Source: Eledone cirrhosa (lineage: Eukaryota). Taken from it: DNA of 64,000 bases. Position numbers and translations under genes: made by a program. A model generated the notes under the pieces. It searched no databases. It was not told where the DNA came from and saw only the letters and a list, made by a program, of their open reading frames with translations. Of this stretch, positions 26,401 to 40,560 are shown one piece after another. Numbering within the stretch: the stretch's first letter is position 1; the number at the start of each line of letters is the position of its first letter. Location: contig OZ024744.1 in NCBI GenBank assembly GCA_964016885.1, forward strand, positions 43,834,001 to 43,898,000, given 5' to 3'.

Positions 26401-29400
26401 CACAGTCTCTCTTCCTCGTATACTATAGTACCGCAGTCTCTCTCCCTCATATACTATTCTACCACAGTCTCTCTCTCCCTATACTATTGTACCCAGTCTC
26501 TCTCCACTATACTATTGTACCACAGTCTTTTTCCCATATATTATTGTACCACAGTCTCTCGCACCTATACAATTCTACCACAGTCTCTCTTCCCTATACC
26601 ATTCTATCACAGTCGCTCTCTCCCATATACCATTCTAAAACAGTCTCTCTCTCACTCCTATACCATTCTACCACAGTCTCGCTCTCCCTCCTACACCATT
26701 CTACCACAGTGTCTTTCTCTCTCCCACTTATACCATTCTACCACAGTCTCTCTCTCCATCCTATACCATTCTAGCACTGTCTCTCTCCATCCTATACCAT
26801 TCTATCACAGTCTCTCTCTCCCCTATACCATTCTACCACAGTCTCCCTCCCTCCTATACTATTCTACCACAGCCTCTCTCCCTACTATACCATTCTAACA
26901 CATTCTCTCTTTCGCCCTCATATACCATTCTACCCCAATCTATCTGCCCTATACTATTGTACAAAAGTCTCTCTCCCTCCTATACAATTCTACTACAGTC
27001 TCTCTCCCCTTTGCTATTGTACCACAGTCTCTCTCTCTCCTATACTATTATACCACTGTCTCTCTCTCCCTCCTATACCATTATACACAGTCTTTCTCTC
27101 TCTCCCGCCTATACTATTCTAGCATAGACTCTCTGCCCTATACCATTCTACCACAGACTCCCTCCCTCCTATACCATTTTACCACAGTCTCTCCCTCACT
27201 CCTAATCCATTCTACCACAGTCTCTCTCTAACCTATACCATTCTACCACAGTCTCTCCCTCCTATACAATTCTATCACAATCTCTCTCTCCCCTATACCA
27301 TTCTACCACATACTCTCTCCCTCCTATACCATTCTACCACAGACTCTCTCACACTCCTATACCATTATACTCACTCTTTCTCTCTCTCCCTCCTATACTA
27401 TTCTACAACAGTCTCTCTGCCCTATACAATTCTACCACAGACTCCCTCCCTCCTATACCATTCTACCACAGTCTCTCTTCCTCGTATACTATAATACCGC
27501 ATTCTATCTCTCCCTCCTATACTATTCTACCACAGTCTCTCTCTCCCCTATATTATTGTACCACAGTCTCTCTCCCTACTATACCATTTTACCACAGTCT
27601 CTCTCTCACTCCTAATCAATTATACCAAAGTCTCCCTCACCCTCCTATACTATTGTACCACAGTCTCTGTCCCTACTGTACCATTCTACGACAGTCTCGC
27701 TCCTTCCTCTACAATTCTACAACAGTCTCTCTCTCCCCTATAAAATTCTACCTCAGTCTCTCACCCTCCCCTACTAATCTACCCAGCCTCACTCCCACCT
27801 ATACCATTCTACTACAGTCTCTCTCTCTCCCTCCTATACCATTCTACCACAGTCTCGCTCCCTCCTATACTATTCTACTATAGTCTCTATCCCTCCTATA
27901 CCATTCAATCACAGTCGCTCTCTCCCCTATATCATTCTACAACAGGCTCTCTCTCCAATATACCATTCTACCACAGTCTCTCTCCCTCCTATACCATTCT
28001 ACCACAGACTCTCTCACACTCCTATACCATTATACTCACTCTTTCTCTCTCTCCCTCCTATACTATTCTACAACAGTCTCTCTGCCCTATACAATTCTAC
28101 CACAGACTCCCTCCCTCCTATACCATTCTACCACAGTCTCTCTTCCTCGTATACTATAATACCGCATTATATCTCTCCCTCCTATACTATTCTACCACAG
28201 TCTCTCTCTCCCCTATATTATTGTACCACAGTCTCTCTCCCTACTATACCATTTTACCACAGTCTCTCTCTCACTCCTAATCAATTATACCAAAGTCTCC
28301 CTCACCCTCCTATACTATTGTACCACAGTCTCTGTCCCTACTGTACCATTCTACGACAGTCTCGCTCCTTCCTCTACAATTCTACAACAGTCTCTCTCTC
28401 CCCTATAAAATTCTACCTCAGTCTCTCACCCTCCCCTACTAATCTACCCAGCCTCACTCCCACCTATACCATTCTACTACAGTCTCTCTCTCTCCCTCCT
28501 ATACCATTCTACCACAGTCTCTCTCTCCCCTATACAATTCTACAACAGTCTCTTTCTCTCCCCTATACCATTCTACCTCAGTCTCTCTCCCTAACCTACT
28601 AATCTACGCAGCCTCACTCCCACCTATACCATTCTACCACAGTCTCTCTCTCCCCTATACCATTCTACTATAGTCTATCTCTCGTCCTCTTATACCATTC
28701 TACCACAGTCTCTCTACCCCATACTATTGTATCACAGTTTCTCTCCCTCATATACCATTCTACCACAGTCTCTCTCTCCATCTTACACCATTCTACCACT
28801 GTCTCTCTCCATCCTATACCATTCTACCACAGCCCCCCTCTCCCCTATACCATTCTACAACAGTCTCTCTCCCCTATACCATTCTACCATATTCTCTCTT
28901 CCTCCTATACTATAGTACCTCAGTCTCTCTCCCTCCTATACTATTCTACCACAGTCTCTCTCTCCGCTATACTATTGTACCACAGTCTCTCTCCACTATA
29001 CCATTGTACTACAGTCTCTGTCACCTTTACGAATGTATCTCTGTCTCTCTCTCTCCTATACTATTCTACCACAGTCTCTCTCTCCCCTATACCATTGTAC
29101 CATATTTTCCATCCTATACAATTCTACTACACTCTCTCTCCCATTTACTATTGTACCACAGACTCTCTCTCTCTACCATACTATTATACCACAGCCACTC
29201 TCTCCCTCCTATACCATTATACTCAGTCTTTCTCTCTCTCCCTCCTGTACCATTCTACCACAGTCTCTCCCTCCCTCTTATACCATTCTACCACAGTCTC
29301 TCTCTCCCTCCTATACTATTCTACCACAGTCTCTGTCCCTACTGTACCATTCTATGACAGTCTAGCTCCATCCTATACTATTCTACCATAGTCTCTATCC

Positions 29401-32400
29401 CTCCTATACCATTATATCACAGTCTCTCTCTCCCCTATAACATTCTACCGCAGTCTCTCTCTTCCCTATACCATTCTACCACGGTCTCTCTCCATCCTAT
29501 ACAATTCTACCACAGTCTTTCTCTCTTCCCTATACCATTCTACCTCAATTTCTCTCCCTCCTCTACTAATCTAACCAGCCTATCTCCCTCCTATACCACT
29601 CTACCACAGTCTCTCTACCCCATACTATTGTATCACAGTTTCTCGCTCTCCTATACCATTCTACCCCAGTCTCTATTCCCTATACTTTTGTATCACAGTC
29701 TTTCCCTCCTTCCTATACCATTCTACCACAGTCTCTCTTCCTCGTATACTATAGTACCGCAGTCTCTCTCCCTCATATACTATTCTACCACAGTCTCTCT
29801 CTCCCTATACTATTGTACCCAGTCTCTCTCCACTATACTATTGTACCACAGTCTTTTTCCCATATATTATTGTACCACAGTCTCTCGCACCTATACAATT
29901 CTACCACAGTCTCTCTTCCCTATACCATTCTATCACAGTCGCTCTCTCCCATATACCATTCTAAAACAGTCTCTCTCTCACTCCTATACCATTCTACCAC
30001 AGTCTCGCTCTCCCTCCTACACCATTCTACCACAGTGTCTTTCTCTCTCCCACTTATACCATTCTACCACAGTCTCTCTCTCCATCCTATACCATTCTAG
30101 CACTGTCTCTCTCCATCCTATACCATTCTATCACAGTCTCTCTCTCCCCTATACCATTCTACCACAGTCTCCCTCCCTCCTATACTATTCTACCACAGCC
30201 TCTCTCCCTACTATACCATTCTAACACATTCTCTCTTTCGCCCTCATATACCATTCTACCCCAATCTCTCTGCCCTATACTATTGTACAAAAGTCTCTCT
30301 CCCTCCTATACAATTCTACTACAGTCTCTCTCCCCTTTGCTATTGTACCACAGTCTCTCTCTCTCCTATACTATTATACCACTGTCTCTCTCTCCCTCCT
30401 ATACCATTATACACAGTCTTTCTCTCTCTCCCGCCTATACTATTCTAGCATAGACTCTCTGCCCTATACCATTCTACCACAGACTCCCTCCCTCCTATAC
30501 CATTTTACCACAGTCTCTCCCTCACTCCTAATCCATTCTACCACAGTCTCTCTCTAACCTATACCATTCTACCACAGTCTCTCCCTCCTATACAATTCTA
30601 TCACAATCTCTCTCTCCCCTATACCATTCTACCACATACTCTCTCCCTCCTATACCATTCTACCACAATCTCTCTCTCCCCTATTCAATTCTACAACAGT
30701 CTCTCTCTCTCTCCCCTATACAATTCTACCTCAGTCTCTCTCCCTCCCCTACTAATCTACCCAGCCTCACTCCCACCTATACCATTCTACTACAGTCTAT
30801 CTCTCTCCCTCCTATACCATTCTACCACAGTCGCTCTACACCATACTATTGTATCACAGTTACTCTCCCTCATATACCATTCTACCACAGTCTCCCTCTC
30901 ATACCTATACTATTGTATCACAGTCTCTCTCATTCCTGTACCATTCTACCACAGCCTCTATTCCCTATACTTTTGTGTCCCAGTCTCACTCCCTCCTATA
31001 CCATACTACCGCAGACACTCTCTCTCCTAAACCATTCTACCACAGTCTCTCTCTCTCCTATACCAATACCATTCAACCACAGTCTCTCTCCCTCCTATAA
31101 AATTCTACCACAGTCTCTCTCCTCTATACTATTCTACCACAGTCTCTCTCACCCTCCTATACCATTATACTCACTCTTTCCCTCTCTCGACCTATACTAT
31201 TCTACTCAGTCTCTCTCTCCCATATACTATTGTACCACAGTCTCTCGTACCTATACTATTCTACTACAGTCTCTCTTCCCTATACCATTCTATCACAGTC
31301 GCTCTCTCCCATATACCATTCTACAACAGTCTCTCTCTCACTCCTATACCATTCTACCACAGTCTCGCTCTCCCTCATACACCATTCTACCACAGTGTCT
31401 TTCTCTCTCCCACTTATACCATTCTACCACAGTCTCTCTCCCCTATACCATTCTACCACATACTCTCTTCCTCCTATACAATTCTATCAATATCTCTCTC
31501 TCTCCTATACAATTCTACAACAGTCTCTTTCTCTCCCCTATACAATTCTACCTCAGTCTCTCTCCCTCCCTCTACTAATCTACCCAGCCTCACTATCCCC
31601 TATACAATTCTACAACAGTCTCTCTCTCTCCCCTATACAATTATACCACAGTCTCTCTCCCGCATATACCATTCTACCACAGTCTCTCTCTCATACCTAT
31701 ACTATTGTATCACAGTCTCTCTCATTCCTATACCATTCTACCACAGTCTCTCTCACACCTATACCATTCTACCACAGTCTCTCACCCTCCTATACTATTC
31801 TACCACAGCCTGTCTCCCTACTATACCATTCTACCACATTCTCTCTTTCGCCAACCTATACCATTCTACCAAAGTCTCTCTCCCCTATACTATAGTATCA
31901 CAGTTTCTCTCCCTCCTATACAATTCTACCACAGTCTCTCTCCCCTATACTACTGTACCACAGTCTCTCTCCCCTATACTACTGTACCACTGTCTCTCTC
32001 ACTCCTAAACCATTCAACTAAAATTGCTCTGCCCTATACTATTGTACCACAGTCTCTCAACCTCCTGTACTATTGTACTACAGTCAGTTTCCACTATACA
32101 ATCGTAACACAGTCACATTCCACTATACAATAGTACCACAGTCTCTCTCTCCCTATACTATTCTACCACAGTCTATCGCCCCTATACCTAACTACCACAG
32201 TCTCACTTCCCCCATACTATTTTACCACAGTCTCTCTCCTTCCTATTCCATTCTACCACAGTCTCTCTCATGCCTATACTATTCTACCACAGATATTATC
32301 CCTCCTATACCATTCTACCACAGTCTCTCTCAATCCAATACTATTCTACCACAGTCTCTCTCCCTCCTATACAATTCTACCACATTTTCTCTGCCCTATA

Positions 32401-35400
32401 ACATTCTACCACAGTCTTTCTCTCCTCTGTACAATTCTACCACATACTCCCTTCCTCCTATAGTATTGTACCACAGTCTCTCTCCCTGCTATACCATTCT
32501 AACACAATCTTTCTCTCCCCTATACTATTGTACTACAGTCTCTCTCCCTCCAATACCATTCTACTACAGTCTCTCACCCCTTTACTATTGTACCACAGTC
32601 ACTCTCTCTCCTATACTATTATACCTCAGTCTCTTTCAACCTCCTATACCATTATACTCACTCTTTCTCTCTCTCCCTCCTATACTATTCTACTGCAGTC
32701 TCTCTGCTCTATACCATTCTATCAGAGACCCCCTCCCTCCTAAACCATTGTTCCACAGTCTCTCCCTCCTTCCTATACCATTCTAGCACAGACTCTCTCT
32801 CCATCCTATACTATTGTACCACAGTCTATGTCCCTAATCTACCATTCTACCACAGTCTCGCTCTCCCCTATACCATTCTACCTCAGTCTCTCTCTTCCCC
32901 ATAACATTCTACCACAGTCTCTCTCCCTCCTATACAATTCTATCATAGTCTCTCTCTCTCTCCTCTATACCATTCTACCACAGTCTCTCTCTCTCCCCTA
33001 TACCATTCTACCACAGTCACTCTCCCTCCTCTACTAATCTACCCAGTCTCACTGCCTCCTATACCATTCTACTACAGTCTCTCTCTCGCCCTCCTATACC
33101 ATTCTACCACAGTCTATATTCCCTATACTTTTGTATCTCAGTCTCACTCCCTCTTATACCATACTAGCGCAGACTCTCTCTCTCTCCTATAGCATTCTAC
33201 CACAGTCTCTCTCTCCCTATACAATTCTACAACAGTCTGTCTCCCTCCTATACCATTCTACCACAGTCTCTCTCCCTCCACTATTCTACCACAGTCTCTC
33301 TCTCCCCTAAACCATTCTACCACAGTCTCTCTCCCTACTATACTGTTCTACCACAGTCTCTCTCCCTACTATACCATTCTACCACATTCTTTCTCTCGCC
33401 CTCCTATACCATTCTACCACAGTCTCTCTCCCTACACTATTCTACCACAGTCTCTCTCTCCCCTAAACCATTCTACCACAGTCTCTCTCCCTACTATACT
33501 GTTCTACCACAGCCTCTCTCCCTACTATACCATTCTACCACATTCTTTCTCTCGCCCTCCTATACCATTCTACCACAGTCTCTCTCCCCTATACTATAGT
33601 ATCACAGTTTCTCTCCCTACTATAAAATTCTAGCACAGTCTCTCTCCACTATATCATTGTACCACAGTCTCTCTCCTCTATACTATTGTACCTCAGTCTC
33701 TCTCCCTCCTATACCATTCTACTCAGTTTCTCTCTCTCTTTCTCCTATGCCATTCTACCAGACCCTCTCTCCCCTATACCATTCTACCACAGTCTCTCTA
33801 ACTCCTATACTATTGTACCACTGTCTCGCACCCCCTATAATATTGTACCGCATCTCTCCCTCTACTACTAGTGAACCACAGTCACTCACCTTCCTATACC
33901 ATTCTACAACAGTCTCTCTCCCTTCTATAGTTTTCTACCACAGTCTCTGTTTCCACTATACAATTGTACCACAGTCTCTCTCACTCCTATACTATTCTAC
34001 CACATTCTCTCTCTCCCCTATACCATTCTACCACAGTCTCTCTCTCCTCTATAAAATTCTACCATATTCTCTCCTCCTCCTATAGTAATTTAACACAGTC
34101 TTCCTCCCAGCTATACCATTCTACCACAGTCTCTCTTCCTCCTATACTATAGTACCGCAGTCTCTCTCGCTCTTATACTATTCTACCACAGTCTCTCTCT
34201 CCCCTATACTATTGTAACACAGTCTCTCTCCCCTTTACTATTGTACCACAGTCTCTCTCTCTCTCTCTCCTATATTATTATACCACAGTCTCTCTCACCC
34301 TGCTATACCATTACACTCACTCTTTCTCTCTCTCCTATACTATTCTACCGCAATTTCTCTCTGCCCTATACCATTCTACCACAGACTCCCTCCCTCCTAT
34401 ACCATTCTTCCACAATCTCTCTCCCTCCTATACCATTCTACCACAGTCTCTCTCTCCCTTCTATACTATAGTACCACAGTCTCTGTCCCTCCTATACCAT
34501 TCTGCCACATTCTCTCTAACTCTTATACAATTCTATCACAGTCTCTCTCTCCCTCCTATACAATTCTACCACAGTCTCTCTCGCCCCTATACCAATCTAC
34601 CACAGTCTCTCTCCTCCCATACTATTTTACCATAGTCTCTCTCCTTCCTATACCATTCTACAACAATCTCTCTCACTCCTATACTATTCGACCACAGTCT
34701 CTCTCTCCTCTATAAAACTCTACCACATTCTCTCTTCCTCCTATAGTATTTTACCACAGTCTTTCTCCCTGCTATACCGTTCTACCACAGTCTCTCTTAC
34801 TCGTATACTATAGTACCGCAGTCTCTCTCCATCTTATACTATTCTACCACAGTCTCTCTCTCCCCTATACTATTGTACCACAGTCTCTCTCCACTATACT
34901 ATTGTATCACAGTCTCTCTCCCCTTTACTATTGTACCACAGTCTCTCTCCCTCCTATACCATTCTACCACAGTCTCTCTCGCCCCTATACCAATCTACCA
35001 CAATCTCTCTCCTCTCATACTATTTTACCATAGCCTCTCTCACTCCTATACCATTTTACAACAGTCTCTCTCACTCCTATACCATTCTACAACAGTCTCT
35101 CTCACTCTTATACTATTCGACCACAGTCTCTCTCTCCTCTATAAAACTCTACCACATTCTCTCTTCCTCCTATAGTATTTTACCACAGTCTTTCTCCCTG
35201 CTATACCATTCTACCACAGTCTCTCTTACTCGTATACTGTAGTTTCGCAGTCTCTCTCCCTCTTATACTATTCTACTACAGTCTCTCTCTCCCCTATACT
35301 ATTGTACCACAGTCTCTCTCCATTATACTATTGTATCACAGTCTCTCTCCCCTATGCTATTGTACCACAGTCTCTCTCCCCTATACACTTGTACCACAGT

Positions 35401-36062
35401 CTCTCTCTCTCCTATACTATTCTACCACAGACTCTGATTATACCGTTCTACCACAGACTCCCTCCCTCCTATACCATTCTACCACAGTCTCTCCCTCCCT
35501 CCTATACCATTCTACCACAGTCTCTCTCTCCCTTCTATACTATTGGACCACAGTCTCTGTCCCTCCTATACCATTCTACCACAGTCTCACTCCCTCCTAT
35601 ACTATTCTACCATAGACTCTATCCCACCTATACCATTCTATCACAGTCTCTCTCTCCTCTATACTATTCTACCATAGTCTCTATCCCTCCTATAACATTC
35701 GACCACAGTCTCTCTCCCTCCTCTACTATTCTACCCAGCCTCACTCCTTCCTATACTATTCTACTACAGTCTCTTTCTCGCCCTCCTATACCATTCTACC
35801 CGAGTCTCTCTCCCTACACTATTCTACCACAGTCTCTCTGTCTCCACCCTACACCATTCTACCACAATCTCTCTCCGTCCTATAATATTGTACCACAGAC
35901 TCTCTCTCCCTATACTATTCTACCACAGCCTATCTCACTACTATACCATTCTACCACGTTCTCTCCCTCGCATTCCTATACCATTCTACCACAGTCTCTC
36001 TCACTTCTATGCACCTCGACCATAGTCTATCTCTCACCTATACCATTCTACCACAATCTCTA

Positions 36063-36118
<56 letters not shown>

Positions 36119-38013
36119 TCTCTCTCAATCTCTCTCCCTCATACATTCTATCACAGTTTCTCTACCTCCTATACCATTCTACCATATTTTCTCTCCCTCC
36201 TATACTATTGTACCAATCTCTCACCCACCTATACTATTCTACCACATACTTTCTTCCCTATACCATTCTATTGCCGTCGCTCTCTCCCATATCATTCTAC
36301 AATAGTCACTCCCTCCCTCCTACACCATTCTACCACAGTGTTTCTCTCTCTCCCACCTATATTATTCTGCCACAGCCTCTCTCTCTCCCTCCTATACCAT
36401 TCTACCACAGTCTCTCTGCATCCTATACCATTCTACCACAGTCTCTCTCTCCCCTATACTATTCTACCACAGTCTCTCTTCCTCCTATACTATTGTACCA
36501 CAGTCTCTCTCCCCTATACTATTGTACCACAGTCTCCCTCCTATACCATTCTACTACAGCCACTCTCCCCTTTACTATTGTACCACAGTCTCTCTCTCTT
36601 CTATACTATTATACCACAGACTCTCTGCCCTATACAATTCTACCACAGACTCCCTCCCTCCTATACTAATCTCCTACAGTCTCTCTCTCCCTCCTATACT
36701 ATTCTACCATAGTCTCTATCCCTCCTATACTATACTATCAGAGACTCTCTCTCCCCTATACCATTCTACCACAGTCACTCTCCCTCCTCAAGTAATCTAC
36801 GCAGCATCACTCCCACCTATACCATTCTACTAGTCTCTCTGTCTCCCTCCTATACCATTCTACTACAGTCTCTCTCTCCCTCCTATACCATTCTACCACA
36901 GTCTCTCTCTCCCCTATACCATTCTACCACAGTCTCTCTCCCTCCTATACCATTCTACCACAGTCTCTCTCCCTACACTATTTTACCACAGCCTCTTTCC
37001 CATATACTATAGTACCAGAGTCATTCTCCCCTTTACTATTTACCACAGTCTCTCTCTCCCTCCTATACTATTCTACCTTAATCTCTATCCCTCCTATACT
37101 ATTCTACGACAGTCAATCTCTCTCCTATACCATTCTACCACTGTCTCTCTCTCTCCTATACAATTCTACCACATACTCTCTCCCTCCTATACCATTCTAC
37201 CACAATCTCTCTCTCCCTCATAACCATTCTACCACTGTCTCTCTCTCTCCTGTACTATTATACCACTGTCTCGCTCTCCCTCCCTCCAATACCATTCTAC
37301 CACAGTCTCTCTCTCACTCTCTCCTATACTATTCTACCACATTCTCTCTCTCCTATACTATTCTACCACAGTCCCTCTGTCCCTCCTTACTATTCTACCA
37401 CAGTCTCTCTCTCCTATACCATTCTACCACAGTCTGTCTCTCTTCTATACCATTCTACCACAGTCTCTCTCTCTCTCCCCTCTACTATTCTACCACAGTC
37501 CCTCTCTCCCTCCTTACCATTCTACCACAGTCTCTCTCTCCTATACCATTCTACCACAGTCTGTCTCTCTTCTATACAATTCTACCACAGTCTCTCTCTC
37601 TCCCTCCTTACCATTCTACCACAATCTCTCTCACTCCCCCCTATACCATTCTACCACAGTCTCTCTCCCAATTATACTATTATACCACAGTTTCTCTCTC
37701 TTTCTCCCTCCTATACCATTCTACCACAGTCTCTCTCTCTCTCCCTCCTTACCATTCTACCACAGTCTCTCTCTCTCTCCCTCCTTACCATTCTACCACA
37801 GTCTCTCTCTCTCTCCCTCCTTACCATTCTACCACAGTCTCTCTCTCTCTCTCCCTCCTTACCATTCTACCACAGTCTCTCTCTCTCCCTCCTATACTAT
37901 TCTACCACAGTCTCTCTCTCTCCCCTATACTATCTACCACAGTCTCTCTCTCCCCTATACTATTATACCACAGTCTCTCTCTCCCCTATACTATTCTACC
38001 ACAGTCTCTCCCT
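11463..38013. repeat. ~26.5 kb degenerate satellite, unit ~29-35 bp, consensus about CCTATAC(C/T)ATT(C/G)TACCACAGTCTCTCTC(C)CT
   Basis: Uninterrupted tandem array of roughly 850 units (length divided by 31). The conserved core is followed by a variable (CT)n linker. The + strand is G-poor, and kb-scale higher-order duplications are present. Confidence 0.97.
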
Positions 38014-38105
38014 ACTTCCTCTTTCAAAGTCTTGTCCATCTATTCACATCTGTTCCTCTCTCGTCATCATTACTTTGACACACAGTGATTACTTTGACAG
38101 TAAAG

Positions 38106-38117
38106 ATATCTCAGCTG
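38106..38117 (+). CDS. Candidate 12-nt microexon (D-I-S-A) of the serine protease
   Basis: AAG|ATATCTCAGCTG|GTATGT has a strong donor and is phase 1-1. It would complete the signal peptide as ...AIFA-DISA-VPTNQH. Confidence 0.4.
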
Positions 38118-38429
38118 GTATGTGGAAACACAAACAAATATGTTATAGTTTAAAATCATACATTCTATTATCAAAGCATTGGAAACATTTGAAATGTGTA
38201 CTTCCCAATGCAAATGACTACAATAATAGTTGAGAAAATTGGGTAAATTGCTCCTGTAGATGAAAAAAAAGTGGACAGTGTCTGCAATATGTGTTTCGTC
38301 TCGTGTTGATTTTCTATACTAATATCTATTGTGATTGATTTTTATTGTAGTCATTTGCAGTGGAACGTACAATATATATGTATGTGTGTGTGTGTGTATA
38401 AATGTATATGTATATATACATATATCCCG

Positions 38430-40560
38430 CCTTCCTCAAACCTGGATATTTTTAATGAACATGTTAATTATTATAACGCAGCATTACATAAGGTTGGACA
38501 CTAGGAAAAGCTGCAGTTCATAACTAATAGGGACAACATCAACAAACCCGATAACACCAACACTACCCGCTCATACCAAAATAAAAAAACATAGGACTAA
38601 GCATAGAACTAGACAACTAGCACCAATAATAGGAGAACAGGGCACTAATAATAGAAACTCCCAAAACTATAGAAGAATTAGAGAAAGAAAGTACCTATGG
38701 TTCAATCCGATCTTCAACTCCTCTATCAGAACTAAACTAGTTTCTACGTTTTTTTAACTAATAGATAAACACTTCCCTACATTACATAGATACCATAAAA
38801 TCTTCAATAGAAAAACTATAAAACTTTCATACTCTACTGCAGCCAACATAGAATCGCACATACGTAAGATCAACCACAAAAATATCTCAAAGGAAATTAC
38901 CCCACCAACACGCACCATGGCACCAAATACAAAACACAAACACATAACAGCATCACAAACACAATCGCATCTGAACACACCACAGCAAAACTTCAATAGG
39001 CCTAAATCGCAACCCACACACATCAACTTACAAAACCGCAATGAGGAAGCTGCACGAATAATACCTCAAACTGCAATTGCCACCTACCAGATAAGTGCCC
39101 ATTAGGGAATAGATGCCTGGATTCTAGCTTGGTGTACATGTGTACTGTAAATTCAGGCAATTCCACCTGGCACTACATAGGATCCACAGCGGGGGAATTA
39201 AAAAAGGTGGTATGTCCACAGACACTCCATGAAGAACCGTGCACTGGTGAATTCTACAACCCCCGCCAATAAAATCTGGCAGCTTAAGGACAAAAACCTT
39301 GAATACAATATTAGCTGGTCGAAATTAGCGGCCGCAAAAGCCAATAGCAACGGTATGTCCCATTGCGGGCTCTGCAACTTGAAACTGCTACATATCTTAA
39401 GGTACGATAAGATGCTGCTTAACAGCAGAATAGAAAGGTTATTTTCTGCAGACATAAGATTGCTACTAGATTTACGAAATTTAAACCACTGTGATTCGAA
39501 CCAGCATTCTCAAAATTAATAGAAAACTACTTAGACTTTAACGTATGAAATCCGTATTCTCACACACCTACTTCAGAACCATAAACTTCTGTTAACATCT
39601 TCCAGCCTCCCTCTATCTATAACATCAATATAGGGCAGCAATGTCTACTACAAACATTTATCAATTATCTTGTCAGCCCATAAATTAATCTCGTCTTTAC
39701 TGTTGTTCATTCTTTCGTACCATACAGTTATATCTACATATCTCCTACTAGCACCATGAACTCTTACAGATGAACTTAATTCTAAGTACATTATCTTATT
39801 ACTTTTACACTCCTTTGAAACTCTTATTTTCTTCTTCTTATTATTATTATCATTTCAATGTACCCTGTCATTGATTTTATTCGCCATGTTCTCTATCTAT
39901 TTATCATGCATGTTTTATTATTGATGTTAATGTTTTAATTATACGCTATTTTGTTAATGATGTTGCGAAAATTAAACCCCCATGATTCGAACTAGCAATC
40001 CCAAAATTTGGAATAAACCATCTAAACCTTAACATACTGAACCCACAATTTCACTTAATACCAGCCACCATAGAACCATAAATCTCTATACACACCATCC
40101 ATCAATCTCACTAGGTTAATACAACAGGAGAAAATATCTACTACAAGCATTTATCTGTCAAACCATAAATCAATCTCCGTTTTATTGTTGTTGATGTTTC
40201 AAACCCACAGCTCATTTGTTTCTAAATCTCTCATAACTGCACTTAAAGTGGAGGTCCTAAAATCTGACTCTAATACATTTTATTATTTATCTACGTTACT
40301 TCATTCCCTTAATACTACTACTACTTTTAATGTACCCTATGGTAGATTTCGCATGTCACTTCATACATCTGTATCATCTCTATTTACCATGCGTGTTTTA
40401 TTATTCTCATATCCACTTGCTCTGATGTATTGACTGGTTGTAAACAAAGTATTGGAGATCGATTGACGCAGCATCAAGTGATTAGCGAACTCTAGACCCA
40501 CCAGATCAACGAAACAATTGTCAGCACTGTGAATCTTCTTTCCATGTTACTCTTCTTTCT
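38430..40560 (+). mobile_element. Degenerate Penelope-like element (Naiad-type) 3' fragment
   Basis: RKYLWFNP, LIDKHFP..HRYHKIFNRKTIKLSYS, CNC...CPL..RCL linker, GIY-YIG remnant (LVYMC...HYIGST), CGLC...LLNSR. A hammerhead-like motif lies near its 3' end. Confidence 0.75.
40418..40526 (+). ncRNA. Degenerate type I hammerhead ribozyme with long stem II
   Basis: TGCT-CTGATG(T)A-TTGACTGG...CCAGATCAAC-GAAAC-AATT-GTC-AGCA. Stem I TGCT/AGCA, palindromic stem III and GUC site are present, but the A9 position is altered. Confidence 0.55.

Noticed and set aside
11395-36833. Dozens of long S/L/P/Y/T-rich ORFs (up to 455 aa) on the + strand
   Set aside because: Open in all three frames because the G-poor satellite unit rarely forms stops. 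There is no frame preference, so they are not protein genes.
11463-38013. CRISPR-like repeat/spacer appearance (constant core, variable linker)
   Set aside because: Linkers are short (CT)n slippage variants rather than unique spacers, the core itself is degenerate, there are no cas genes, and the context is eukaryotic.
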